Assembly (NCBI GenBank): GCA_963514005.1
Contig: OY740794.1
Location: forward strand, 17,670,001 to 17,734,000
DNA length: 64,000 nucleotides
DNA from: Raja brachyura
Lineage: Eukaryota
Direction of reading: 5' to 3'
Shown: piece by piece, positions 1 to 12,835 of the stretch
Layout: every line of letters starts with the position of its first letter
Position numbering within the stretch: position 1 is the first letter of the stretch
Translations under genes and position numbers: made by a program
The notes under the pieces: generated by a model
Databases searched by the model: none
The model's input: only the letters and a program-made list of their open reading frames with translations
Told to the model about the DNA's origin: nothing

Positions 1-1041
1 GACGACAATAATTGTTGTTTGAAGAAATTGAGAGGTGATGTTTCAGTCTGAAGAAGGGTCCCAACCAGAAATGTAGCCTATCCATGTTGTCCAGAGATGC
101 TGCCTGATCAACTGGGTTACGCCAGCACGATGCCTTTTTTGCGTAAACCAGCATCTGCAGTCTCTTATGCCTCCTTAATTGTTGTTGACCTTGTTTATTC
201 ATAACCCGACCATTGTTTGATAAGAAGGTGTGAGCACGCCTTGCTGTCTTATGGGTTGGTGAATGTATTTTAGGACTGAATATCAGTACACCAGTTTGAT
301 GCAGAACAAAAGCAGTTTTAAAAAGATGCTCAGTTTCCTTGATTGCCTCTCAAAATGTCTTCAGGAGAGATGGAGATCAGATATTCCGATGCATTTCATG
401 GGAGCGAACAAAGGCACTCACAGTAGATGAGCATCAGCAATGCGATCATTTCAACTAAGAGCCAGTAGGTTTATTGTTAATAAGCAGTGTCTTGCCTTCC
501 AAGCTCTCAAGGTCGGTTGCGGGAAGTGCCACCGCAGCACAAAGATGGATGGGCGAAGAGAGGGACATCGGTTTGCTGGATGAAGGCGACAGCTGGAGGC
601 CCTGCAGCAGCCTGAGGCTCGCCTGGATCGAGCTCCGTTTGGTAAGACCTAGAGCGTGGACTGGACTTTGAAAATGGCTCCAGAACCCAACTCCTCTTGT
701 CTGGACTATTTCTGTACACTTTGCTAATCAGGGATTGGGCTTGGTTATGGCAATACTTTACTGAACTGTAAGCAAAAAAATATTTCACTGTGCAATTGCA
801 GATATGACACCTTTGACCATTGGAAACAAGAACGTGGCACCTTTAAGTCGTCAGTGCATGTTTCTCCATTTAAAAACTCCAAACACATTTTTATCACACT
901 TTTTTGACATAAAATTTTCCGTGAATCCGACGTGTTTAATGGGATGCAAGAAACTGATCCGATGGTGAATTCAGCAGATCATGGGAAACAAAAGCAGCGA
1001 GCTTCACTGCCTACTTTCAGCTAGTTAAACATACAAACTAA

Positions 1042-1335
1042 AGGGCACGGAGGCGCAGCGGTAGAGTTGCTGTGAGACATCACCAGAGACCCGGTTTCGA
1101 TCCTGGCTACGGGTGCTATCTGTACAGAGTTTGCACGTTCGTCCCGTGACCTGTGTGGGTTTTCTCAGAGATCTTTGATTTCCCCCCACACTCCAAAGAC
1201 GTACTGGTTTGGTACAAGTGTAAATTGTCCCAAGTGTGTGTAGGATAGTGTTAATGTGCGGGGATCGCTGGTCAGTGCAGACTCGGTGGGCCGAAGGGCC
1301 TGCTTCTGCACTGCATCTGTAAACTAAACTAAATT
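1042..1335 (+). mobile_element. tRNA-derived V-SINE (HE1-like)
   Basis: Box A/B-like head (ggcgcagcggt ... gtttcgatcc), V-core gagtttgcacgttc...gtgggttt, CR1-like tail gggccgaagggcctg and (aaact)n. Further copies at ~12562-12835(+), 32986-33272(-), 33275-33480(+), 35150-35525(+), 36590-36735(-), 41695-41915(-) and 59385-59525(-). Confidence 0.8.
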
Positions 1336-2039
1336 TACGTCGACTATAGACACAAAAAAGCTGGAGTAACTTAGAGGAACAGGCAGCATCTCTGGAGAGA
1401 AGGAATGGGTAAGGTTTTGGGTCGAGACCCTTCTTCCACCAAACTCCACACCAACCACCCGCCTGGCCCACGGTACAGTCCCCGGCACTAGGTCACACAT
1501 TCGGCTCACGCTTCAGATCACCAGCTTACATTCTAAAGAGCGACATAGATGCTGAACTGCTGGGATTTATGAACAATGGGATACTGGGTTATCAGGAATT
1601 TCCTATAAATTGCAAAGACATTAGTTAAGAGGTCATGATTTGAGAGAAGGCCAGCTTCCTTTCATATGTTGCCACACCCACACGCACCATGTTGCAATCT
1701 ATTTATAGAGAGCAGCTATTGAAGCGATTCAGCCCAGCCCAGGAATGGACAATGCACATTTTTGCCAACGCAATTGGTGGAATATTGGCATGATCCAGAC
1801 AAGGTGCCTTGAAATAGCATCGCATAACTGATGAAATGTTGGGGCTGGTGTTGTCACTAGGCTTCAGAAGGTGGTCAGGTGATATGTATTCTGGAGCAGG
1901 TCCATATGCCAATTCCATTTCTCTCCACCCATCTTACAAATTAATGAGGACATCTGAATCGCAGATTAATTTGGGGATCTTCCCTGCCCCTAAAAATAAT
2001 CCATAGAAAAATTACAATTCTCATTAGAAATTATCTTAA

Positions 2040-2700
2040 AATGTCTTCATAGTGTCAGAGAGTAATAGTGTGGAAACAGGCCCTTCGGCCCAACATGCCC
2101 ACACTGGCCAACATGTCCCAGCTACACGAGTCCCATTCTACTGCATTTGGTCCATATCCTTCCAAACCTTTAAATTCAAATTCAGCAACAAAAGCTCATG
2201 ATCTAAACAAGGGCTGTGGTAGTAATAAAAGACAGTCACACAGCATAGAAACAGGCCAGTTGGGCCAGCTTGCCTAAGCCCGACCAAGGTGCCCCATCCA
2301 CATGACTCCCACTTGCCCATGTTAGTCCCATATCCCTTCAAACCTTTTCTATCCATGTATGTCCAAATGTCTTTTAGGTGTTATAGTTTCTGCCTTAACA
2401 ACCTCCTCCAGCTACTCATTCCATATTCTCACCACCCTCTGGTGAGAGGAGAATGATTTGATGGGAATCTGAGGGGTACATTTTTTCCCCATACAGAGTG
2501 TGGTGGGTATATGGAATGAGCTGCCGGAGAAAGTAGAAACTGTAACAACATTTAAAAGACATTTGGACAGGTACGTGGATAGAGAAGGTTTAGAGGGATA
2601 TGAGCCAAGCACAGGCAGGTGGGACTAGTAGATGGGGCATCTTGGTCGGCATGGGCTGGCAGGGCCGAAGGGCCTGTGTCTGTTCTGTATGACTACGACT
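2040..2700. mobile_element. Cluster of CR1 3'-end fragments in both orientations
   Basis: Repeated ggaaacaggcccttcggccc / gggccgaagggcctg CR1 3' UTR and WNELP-type coding remnant. Confidence 0.75.
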
Positions 2701-3406
2701 AAAATTTAAATCTGTAATTCCACAAAGCAATTTACATGGGATTTTATTATTCAATTTTTGATTCAAAATCCCAGCTTTATACTTTTTGATGCTTGACCAT
2801 TCATTGGATGTCACCAGCAGGAAGCTGGTCACAGAAGATTGCAAAGATGGCTGTGATGGGAAGAGATCTCTTGGCATGAATGACTTTGTTCCACTTCTGT
2901 AGGTTTCCATTGCATTGAACTGAGTCACAATACCATTTTCTGCCACCAGAGAGCTACACACATCCATTCAAGCTAAAATCTAAATGACACAAAGTGCTGA
3001 AGTAACTCGGGTCAGGCAGCATCTCTGGGACACGTGGATAGGTGATGTTTTGAGTAAGGACCCTTTGCTGTCTAAAGCACTGATTCACTCCCGCACTTTG
3101 TGTCCTTTTGTGCGAACCAGCATTTGCAGTTGCTTGTTTCTACACTGGAAAACTGAAGGCCTTGCACACATGTTTAATGACACAATGGGATTGAACTGCG
3201 GAGTTAAATCACAAATTAAACATGAGAGCCACCTACCATCACGTACCATGAGCGGTGTTCACTTTGCCACATGGAAGTGCAGGGAATAGGATATGGACGG
3301 CACTGTCTACTCTTCTAATCTAATCTAAAGTAGATAATGATACCTCAGATTGTGCACTTTTCAATGTGACCACACGTTGGCCCACACACACAGATATTCA
3401 CATTCA

Positions 3407-4021
3407 GGGTTACACAAAAAGCTGGAGAAACTCAGCGGGTGCAGCAGCATCTAAGGAGCGAAGGAGATAGGCGACGTTTCGGGTCGAGACCCTTCTTCAG
3501 ACTGGTCAGGGATCAGGGAAACGAGAGATATAAACAGTGATGTGGAGAGATAAGGAACAATGAGTGAAAGATATGCAAAAAAGTAAGCAGATGTGGCTGT
3601 GGTATCGAGTCTGGGTGAGGATGTGGTCGTAGAGTTGGAGGGAAGGGGGTATCACAGAGGGGGAGCAGTTAGAGAGGAGGTTGTGAAACTGTCTTCGTAG
3701 GGAGGAGGAGAACTTCTTCAAAGTAGGCATACCTTGAGGAGATATCGCAGTGGAGTAGACAAAGTGTTAAAGAACGAACTGCAGATGCTGGAGAATCGAG
3801 GGTTACACAAAAAGCTGGAGAAACTCAGCGGGTGCAGCAGCATCTAAGGAGCGAAGGAGATAGGCGACGTTTCGGGTTGAGACCCTTCTTCAGACTGGTC
3901 AGGGATCAGGGAAACGAGAGATATAAACAGTGATGTGGAGAGATAAGGAACAATGAGTGAAAGATATGCAAAAAAGTAAGCAGATGTGGCTGTGGTATCG
4001 AGTCTGGGCGAGGATGTGGTC
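3407..4021 (-). mobile_element. Mini Penelope-derived element: ~1.6 tandem copies of a 393-nt monomer, two hammerhead-like cores
   Basis: Direct repeat 3406-3628 / 3799-4021 (2 mismatches seen). TSD TCACATTCA at 3398-3406 and 4022-4030. Contains the apparent start of a PLE ORF (MPTLKKFSSSLRRQF...TRYHSHI). Confidence 0.8.
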
Positions 4022-4669
4022 TCACATTCACGTGTGCAGACACAAACAAGAAGCACAGTAGAAATTGGCAGCTAAAGTCATGGCATTTTCAAGTACGGTT
4101 TGAGTGCAGGAAGCAGCACCAGTACAGTCATCCATTTACTGGATGTTTTGATATATTCACTATTACAAAATGCAGCCAAGATTTTGATTTCACTCCATCA
4201 GATTTATTTTGAAAAAAAGGAAGTGGCATTAGCATTTCTCAACCCAAGTGAGCCAGATTCATTTCAACGAAACTGACTAAACTTAGTGCTAAATATGAAA
4301 GTAAGGCATCAATCTCACGACACAAAAGGAAATGCATCACTCGGCTTGCTAACTTATCCATGGCGTGACTGCTGGGCAATACAAGGTGCTAATGATTTCT
4401 GTTCACTCTCCATGACCCTTAATTTCACCAATGGTTTCCCTCCAAATATTTCTACGTTTCACCTTCCTTTCTTCCTTAGTCATCCAATAAATTAAAGTAC
4501 AAAGCTTCGATAGGAGAAACAGATGCAGCTGGTGAAAAGCTGTTTGCGGAGCTGTGGTTTGTCCGAGAGGTTGGTTCTGGGGGGGGGGGGGGGGGCAATA
4601 TCTGATGGCATAAGTAACTTATTACTGCCTTCATTAGATAAATCACTATTTGCAATATTTGAACAAAGT

Positions 4670-6200
4670 GAAAATTATAGAGCAATCCTGGGGTTCAAGT
4701 TCATAGCTCCCCGACAGTAGCAACACAAGTAGATAGAGTGACCAAGGCAGCGCACAGTCGTTTGTCTTCATTGGATGGGACATTGATTTGAGAGTCAGGA
4801 TGTCACGTTGCAGCTTTTGAGAAACCTGTTTATGCTACATTCGGAGCGTGGCCTGGAGTTCTATTTGCCACATTCCAGGAAGGATGTGGAGGCTTTGGAA
4901 AATTCATCAAAATGCTGCCTGGATTAGAGGATATTACCAATAAGGAGAGGTTGGACAAATTTGCATTATTTTCTCTGAAACATCGGAGCCCAAAGAGATC
5001 TGATAAAAGTATAGAAAGATAGAAAATAGGTGCAGGAGTAGGCCATTCGGCCCTTCGAGCCTGCACCGCCATTCATACCGATCATCCAACTCAGTATCAT
5101 GTACCTGCCTTCTCTCCATACCCCCTGATCCCTTTAGCCACAAGGGCCACATCTAACTCCCTCTTAAATATAGCCAATGAACTGGTCTCAGCTACCTTCT
5201 GTGGCAGAGAATTCCAGAGACTCGCCACTCTCCGTGTGAAAAATGTTTTCCTCATCTCGGTCCTAAAGGAATTCCCCCTTATCCTTAGACTGTGACCCCT
5301 TGTTCTGGACCTCCCCAACATCGGGAACAATCTTCCTGCATCTAGCCTATCCAACCCCTTAAGAATAGGTATATAAAACTATGACAAGCATAGAAAAGAG
5401 AGACAGACACAATATTTTTTCAAGGGTGAAAATGTCAAAGATGAGTGAGCATAGATTTAAGGTGACAACAGCAAAGTTTAAAAAGGAGTGGGGCAAGTTT
5501 TTTTTAACAAGGAAGAATGGTGGTTGCCTGAAATTCACAATGAAGGGTGGTGGTGGAGGCGGATACGACAGTGACATTTAAGGGGCTTTTAGATAGGCAC
5601 ATGAATATGCAAGGAATGGAGGGATACGGTTCACCTGCAGGCAGGATTAACTTAAACTGAAATCATGTCCAATGTGGATATTGAAGGGCTTGTTCCTGTG
5701 ATGTACCTTATCTATATTGTTCTGTGAAAGGCTATCAGTTTCAGACAAAGCAGTGCAATGCAGTGGTAAGACTTGCATCTGGAAGAGGGTGCAAAGCTCT
5801 GGTCTCCCTACACATGAATACACTTGCTTTTGAGGATGGGCAATGAAGATTCACAAGATGGATTCCAGGGATGCAGGGTATGTAGAGGAGAGATTAGGCA
5901 GAATGTCCCTGCACACTCATATTTGGAACAATGAAAAACTCTCCTGGCTCAGGTGCCAAGCACTCGGGGCATGTCTTAGAATAAAAGATCAACAATGTGG
6001 GACTGAGATAAGAAGAAATCTCTTCACTAGAAAAGCAGTGAAGCTTTGGAATTCCCACCATGAAGGCAGTGGTGGCAGCATCTTGGTGTATTGAGGAAAA
6101 AGGTACATGTAGAAAAGTGGTTGAGGTAATATATTGGTCACAATGATATAGAACAGCAGGGCTGGAACAGGAAAGATCGAATGGACCACCCTTGCTCATA
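4670..6200. mobile_element. Old plus-strand CR1 remnants with a younger minus-strand CR1 3' end (~5010-5365) nested inside
   Basis: ORF 5097-5354 (TRGHSLRIRG, WNSLPQ) interrupts a diverged CR1 RT C-terminus. Confidence 0.75.
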
Positions 6201-6476
6201 TTTACTACTGGGAAGCACCCATGCAACTTCCAACAGTTCCAAGAAATAGATGACTCTTCAAAACCACGTCAATTTAATCAAAACTCTTTATATTAATACT
6301 CGATCATGATGTCTGGCTTTGTCTATTTTGAAAGCATTATGCACTGCACATTTTGATGCTATGCCTTGGATTTTTCTGTTTTAAAGATCATTTACATCAA
6401 GGTACGTTCCCAATCTAATACAGCGTATTAGATTTATTTAAGCACAAATCAACCTCCACAAGTCAACATTTATTAC

Positions 6477-6608
6477 CGGTTTTATATTTTGGAGAACCCA
6501 GGCTAAACGTAGGGACACGTGCTGTGTGGAGAACTGGATCACACTCGCAGCCAAGAAGCGTTTCTGTCGGGAGAGAAAATGGAGCAGGGCGCTGGATCTA
6601 TGAACTAA
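6477..6608 (-). CDS. GK5: GK5 coding exon 5 (LVHRSSALLHFLSRQKRFLAASVIQFSTQHVSLRLAWVLQNIKP)
   Basis: Polypyrimidine acceptor ttttctttcttgcag|, donor |gtaata, 132 nt, phase 0-0. SLRLxWxLQN is GK5-like. I found no exon 6 in 1-6476, so the gene probably continues beyond the window start. Confidence 0.93.
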
Positions 6609-6939
6609 CTGCAAGAAAGAAAAGAAAAACAATAATTCAATTATTCTGCTTCAGTACACAATGCAGACTCAAGGCCACATGTCTTAATGAATTTCATGCA
6701 CTATTGTTTCAGACCAGAGCCACAATTAATTTTCTGGGTCTGATGCAACGTTTGTTCGGTAATTATGATAATTGTATTCTGGATGGAGATCTGCAGATCC
6801 TGCCACTAATGGCTGTGGAGGCCAAGGCATTGGGTATATTTTAAGATGGAGATTGACAGATTCTTGATCAGTATGAGTGATCAACAGTTATGGGGAGAAG
6901 GCAGGTGAATTGGGTTGAGAGGGAATGATAGATCAGTCA

Positions 6940-7510
6940 ACTTTTGTAGGTTTTTGATGAAGATACAATTTTTTTCCGCCTCGCATCTCCATCCCCACTG
7001 CGGCCCAACACCGTGGAGTTGGTAGCCTTTCCTGGAGACCGACCCGGTGCTCCAAGCCGCGGGAGTCTGCGGGACTTTAACATTACGGAGCTTGCAATCC
7101 CTGTGCCGAGGATCGAAGCTCAAACCGTGGGGCCTGTGGACTTTAATATCATGAAGCCTGCAGTCTCTAGTAAGAAGAGGCCGATTCGGGAGCTCCATGC
7201 GGCGCAGAGAGTTTCAACTGCCCCGACGTGGGAGTTTCGATCACCCTGACGGAGGCTTCGATTGTCGGCTGCGGGGGCTTTGATCGCCCCGACTGCAGAT
7301 GGTTTGACTGCTCCTGACCACGAGAGACCAAAGAGGAAGAAGATTGAACTTTATAGCCTTCCATCACAGTGAGGAATGTGGAATCGATTGTGGTGGATGA
7401 TTACGTCAACTTATGTGGTTGTGTGTCTTGCTGCTTTTCATTTAGTATGGCAACTCAAATTTCACTGTACCATAACTGGTATATGTGACAATAAACTGAC
7501 CTTGAAACCT
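6940..7510 (+). mobile_element. GC-rich non-autonomous retroposon (5'-truncated family member)
   Basis: Shares gcctttcc(t/c)ggagac..acccgg and gccttcca(t/c)cacagtga...tttcactg...gtgacaataaa with 22631-23540. Confidence 0.6.
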
Positions 7511-8659
7511 AGAGGTTTGGTTGCATAGAATCACAATAACACTATTGCGATTCAATGCAACTCAGTTAAAAAAACTTAAGCAGTCTCACCAGAGAAGGCA
7601 CAATGAGCTATTTTCTAATAAACTAATAAAAATAAAATAAATTGGGATCTTCCTACTGCTCAGAACAATGAGCAAGGAACAGACAGGGGAAAATAAATGA
7701 CAGTTGGCACGACCTGAAAGAAAATGTGATTTAAAGTCGCACAACTAGGTTTTGTTCTCTTTACATGCACCAAACTGATAAACAAAATGCTTTAGAAAGT
7801 TCCATGAAAAAGCTTAAGAAAACCAACAACAAGATTACAAAGCTCATGGAGAAATTAAATGCTGGCAGACTGGACACACAGGTTGTTTCTGTGCTGCTCG
7901 CTCTACATAATCAGCCGCCTCCTATATTGAAACACACAAGGAAACTCAGATGCTGGAATCTTGCATAGAACTAAATGCTGGAGTTGCTCAGTGGGTCAGC
8001 ACCCAATTGGGAATACATGGATAGGTGACGTTTCAGGTCAGGACTCGTCTTCAGACTGATTGTAGTTGAATGGAGAAAGCTGGAGAAGGCCAGGGTGTGG
8101 GACAACGCCTGACAAGTGATAAGTGGATATAGGCGAGGGTTTAAAAATATATATTTGCCAGATGGATGGTCAAAGGCAAGAGATGAAAATAATACATAAG
8201 GGGGACCAAAGGAGACATCTTTTGTCACCTTTTTATTTCTGGCTCGTGTGACTGAGAACAAACACATCATTGAGGGTTAATGGTGGCGAGAGTTACTGTT
8301 GAGGAGGTGTTGTCACCTATCCTCACTGACAGAGGTCCGTGGGTCAGAAAATAGGAGATCCAGTGGCAGAGGAGTGAGCTGGTTTCAATGTCCGTAATTT
8401 GTGTGGGATTATGGTGTTGAAGGCTATAGTTGATAAATAGGAGTATAACGTAGGAGACCTTGTTGTCTAGATGTTCCACAGATGAGTTTGGGAATAGAGT
8501 GCCATAAGGATCAAAGCTGGGTCCTTAATGTAATAACAAGGAACTGTAGAATGCTGGTTGATACCAAAGATAGGCACAAAATGCTGGAGTAAGTCAGGTC
8601 AGGCAGCATCCCAGGAGAACATGGATAGGTGACGTTTCAGGCCAGAACCCTCTTCAGAC

Positions 8660-9710
8660 CAATGTTTGTTATATTGACCAATGGTTTGGATGGCAAAGTA
8701 GTCAACGTTGTTCGTAAATTTGCAGATTACATCAAAAATTGTTGGTACAGTGAACAGTGAGGAAGGATATCCAGGCTTACAATTGGATCTAGATCAGTTG
8801 AGAAGGTGGACCAGGAGAAGGCCAATGTAATTAGAGTCTGGAATGTGCGAGGTGTTGCATTTTAGGAGGACAAATCAGGGCAGGACTGACACCATAAATG
8901 ATGGAGCTCTGAGAATGCTACAGAACGAAGAGATACGAGAATACCGGCGCATAGTTCCCTAACAGTGGCGAGACAGGTGGACAGTAAGTCTGAAGAAGGG
9001 TCTCGACCCAAAACGTCACCGATTCCTTCTCTCTAGAGGCGCTGCCTGACCTGCTGAGTTACTCCAGTTTTTGTGTCTATCTATGGACAGCATGGTGAAG
9101 ATGGTATTTGGCACGCTTGCCTTCATTGGAGGACAAATGTTGGGACATGATGATACTGCTGTACAAGTCAGTGGTGAGACCACACTTGGAGTACAGCGCG
9201 TAGTTCTGGTTGCCCAGCTCTCAGGAAAATGTCATTCAGGTGGAAAAAGCGCAGAAGTGATTCACCAGGATGTCACCTGGGCTTGCTTGAGTTGGAGGGA
9301 GAGGTTGGACAGACAAGGACATTTTCCTTTGGAGTGTAGAGAGTGGGGCCGACCTTATTGAGGTGTACAACATCATAAAGTGAATGCTCAGAGTATTTCT
9401 CCAAGGGTAGACAATTTTAAAACCCGAGGGCATGGGCTTGAAATGAGAGGGGAGAGATTTCAAAGAAATGTCAGAGGGAACTTTTTCCTTTCAGAGGGTG
9501 GTCAGTATCTGGACTTCGCTACCAGAGGAAGCTACAAAACGGGAAAACAATTAAGACTTTTAAATGGCATTTGGACAGATGTGTGGATTGGAAAGATTTG
9601 GACAGCTTAGGCTAAATGCAGGCAAATGGGATAGGCCCTGCCAACTAGGTCAGCATGGACCAGGTGTACTGAAGTCTGTTTCCATGTTGTGTAACTCCAT
9701 GACTCTAAGC
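8660..9710 (+). mobile_element. Diverged CR1 with a Penelope-derived insertion at ~8985-9082
   Basis: KFAD, VRPHLEY and TRGH remnants. TGGACAG is repeated on both sides of the inserted hammerhead-bearing piece. Confidence 0.75.
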
Positions 9711-10138
9711 TGGAGGAGCTCAGTGGGTTATGCAACATCCATGGAGGCAAAGGGATGGCCGAAGTTTCAAATCTACACCTGTGCACTACAATTCCTTGGA
9801 TTTGACATTGGATGGTGAACAATGCATGAGCATTGGCCATGCCTAATTGAGTTGTAATGCTTCTACATGATGAAACAGACCGTCTACATTCTCGCCACAA
9901 CTCACTTGAGGAAAGACAAGGCCCATTAGCTAATGCTGTAAAAATTATGGACTAGAGATGAAAGACAAACTTCTTAAAGACTTTGCATCTTGTTTCCTCC
10001 CCAAATATCTTAGTCATTTTAAGTGTTGTGCAAAGCACTTAGATTATTGCAACACTCATCCATTTCAAAATTACATCCTGTGATCATCTGGAGACAAAGT
10101 ATAATGACATAACCCAAAGCAAGTTTCAACATCTGATA

Positions 10139-10342
10139 TGTTTAAGAAAGAACTGCTGATGCTGGAAAAATCAAAGGTAGACAAAAAAGCTGGAGAAACT
10201 CAGCGGGTGAGGCAGCATCTATGGAACGAAGGAATAGGCGACGTTTCGGGTCGAAGAAGGGTCTCCATCCGAAACGTCGCCTATTCCTTTGCTCCATAGG
10301 TGCTGCCTCACCCGCTGAGTTTCTCCAGCTTTTTTGTCTACC
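10139..10342. mobile_element. Palindromic Penelope-derived insertion
   Basis: Inverted arms around a truncated hammerhead core. Flanking direct repeat TTCAACATCTGATA at 10125-10138 and 10343-10356. Confidence 0.8.
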
Positions 10343-10444
10343 TTCAACATCTGATACGTGTTTTTTCTCATGTCTTTAATTATGGCTGGCAAAATAAGCC
10401 AACTCAGCCAGCAAACCCCACAAAGTATAATTTGACCACATTAC

Positions 10445-10538
10445 CCAAAGTAGCAAAGAGCTGTTCCACGATCTGACAAGGTTCACTGCTCGAAGATCTT
10501 GCCAGCAGATGAAGTTATGAAATGGTTTTCCTGTCTTA
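10445..10538 (-). CDS. GK5: GK5 coding exon 4 (KTGKPFHNFICWQDLRAVNLVRSWNSSLLLW)
   Basis: Acceptor tgttgcag|, donor |gtaatg, 94 nt. Contains the WQDLR substrate-binding motif. Confidence 0.95.
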
Positions 10539-10719
10539 CTGCAACAGATACAAAACGCAATGGTTGTAAAGAGAACACAATTCCAATAACACCTCTGAAA
10601 ACTTAACGGGAAACATATTACAAATATCCAAGATGGAAATGACACAAAAGGCATAAAGCACAGATACATGTTGCAAAATAAATTGTACATAAATTTAAGA
10701 AAATCATCCATCATAAAAA

Positions 10720-12410
10720 CACCCCCGTTATCATTGATATACTTCACAATCAGCAGAGGTCTGACCATTGATCTCTGCACAGATCTCCAGTCTGAATAAC
10801 ACCCCTCCACTACTATCTTCTATTGCCTTTGGCCGAGCCAATCTATCATGTTTCCGAGGATCCCAGAATGCTGGACCGGCATCCTCACCAGCTAGGCTTT
10901 AATTTATTCCCACATCTCAGATATGAGCGTACCCCAAAACAGCCGCTCCCACTTTACCCGCCCCAGCTCCTGTCCAATCCTGTTGTAATTAGCCATCGCC
11001 CAATTTAGTCCTGTCTTCCCCCCCTCCATCCCAGATCCAGTCTAATCCTTGTCCAACACTATCTGAAAAAATGATCACAGTTCCCAAAATGTTCTCCCAT
11101 TGAACTCCGACCACCTGGTCTGGCTCATTTTCCAAAACGAGGTCTAGTAAGGCCTCTTCCCTTGTTGGTCCATCAACATACCTTTTTAAAAAAAACACCT
11201 GGATGAACCTAACCATTTCTGCTCTATCTACATCTCTACCACCAAGAAAGTCTCTGTCAATGTTAGGGAAATTAATGTCACCCAATGCAACAACCCTGCT
11301 AAGGTTCCATAGAAAATAGGTGCCAGAGTAGGTCATTCAGCCCTTTGAGCTAGCACCGCCATTCGATATGATCATGGCTGATCATCCAAAATCAGTACCC
11401 TGTTCCTGCTTTTTCCCCCATATCCCTGGATTCCGTGAGTCCGAAGAGCTAAATCTCTCTTGAAAACATCCAGTGAATTGGCCTCCACTGCCTTCTGTGG
11501 CAGAGAATTCCACAGATTCACAATTCTCTGGGTAAAAACGTTTTTCCGCATCTCAGTCCTAAATGGTCTACCCCTTTGTGACTCCTGGCTCTGGACTTCC
11601 CTCAACATCTGGAATAAGTTTCCTGCATCTAGCCTGTCCAATCCCTTAAGAATATATGTTTCAATAAGATCAACTCTCATCCTTCTAAATTCCAGTGAAT
11701 ACATTCTTTCATCATATGACAGTCCCGCCAACTCGAGAATTAACCTGGTGAACCTACGCTGCACTCCCTCAATAGCAAGAATGACCTTACTCAAGTTAGG
11801 AGACAAAAACTGCACATAACACTCCAGGTGTGGTCTCACCAGGGCCCTATACAACTGCAGTAGGACCTCCTTGCCCCTATACTCAAATCCTCTTGCTATG
11901 CCGGCCAACGTGCCATTTGCTTTCTTCACTGCCTGTTATACCTGCATGCTTACTTCCAGTGACTGATGTACCTAGGTCTCAATGCACCTCCCCTTTTCCT
12001 AATCGGACACCATTCAGATAATAATCTGCCTTCTTATTCTTGCCACCAAAGTGCATAACCTCACATTTATCCACATTATGCTGCATCTGCCATGCATCTG
12101 CCCATTCACCCAACCTATCCAAGTCACTCGAAGGGCCGAATGGCCTACTCCTGCACCTATTTTTCTATGTTTCTATGTTTCTATCCTCAAAAAATTCCAG
12201 AAGATTAGTCAAGCATGATTTCCCCTTCATAAATCCATGCTGACTTTGACCGATCCTGTCACTGTTTTCCAAATGCGCTGCTATAACGTCCTTAATAATC
12301 GACTCGAGAAACTTCCCCACTACCGATGTCAGGCTAACTGGTCTATAATTCCCTATTTACTCTCTCCCTCCTTTCTTAACAAGTAGGGTTACACTAGCTA
12401 CCCTCCAGTC
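10720..12410 (-). mobile_element. CR1 fragments (endonuclease remnant ~10990-11300; RT 3' half 11308-12410)
   Basis: ORFs 10989-11336 (GDINFPNID, LLDLVL) and 11372-11929 (LVRPHLE, WNSLPQ). Confidence 0.88.
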
Positions 12411-12561
12411 CGGTGCTACTTTGGGATTTATCATGCCAGACCAGACATTACTGGAGGAATGTTGCCCCCTCCTGTCCTTGAGAATCACCCAGGGACAGCA
12501 CGGTTGGGTGTAAAATGTGTAAAAACTATTTGTGCAATTTACTGCCTTTGAATCACAAGAG

Positions 12562-12835
12562 CAGCATGGTGGCGCAGCGACAGAGTTGCTGCCTTACAGC
12601 CACAGAGACCCTGGTTCGATTCTGACTACAGGTGCTGTCTGAATGGAGTTTTTACGTTCTCCGTGACTGCGTGGGTTTCCTCCCACATCCCAACAACGTA
12701 AAGGTTTGTTGATTAATTGGCATCTTTAAAATTGTCCCTAGTGTGTAAGATAGTGCTAGTGTATGGGGATCACTCATCAGCACAGACTTGGTTGGCTCGA
12801 AAAGCCCGTTTCTGCGCTGTATCTCTAAATTAAAT
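12562..12835 (+). mobile_element. V-SINE (HE1-like)
   Basis: Same head, core and tail as 1042-1335. Confidence 0.8.

Noticed and set aside
1042-1115. tRNA genes at SINE heads
   Set aside because: Box A/B-like heads run directly into the V-SINE core and CR1-type tail; no complete cloverleaf or terminator.
1-6476. GK5 exon 6 (expected FGTxDTWL motif)
   Set aside because: No matching sequence found by eye on the minus strand; presumably outside the window.
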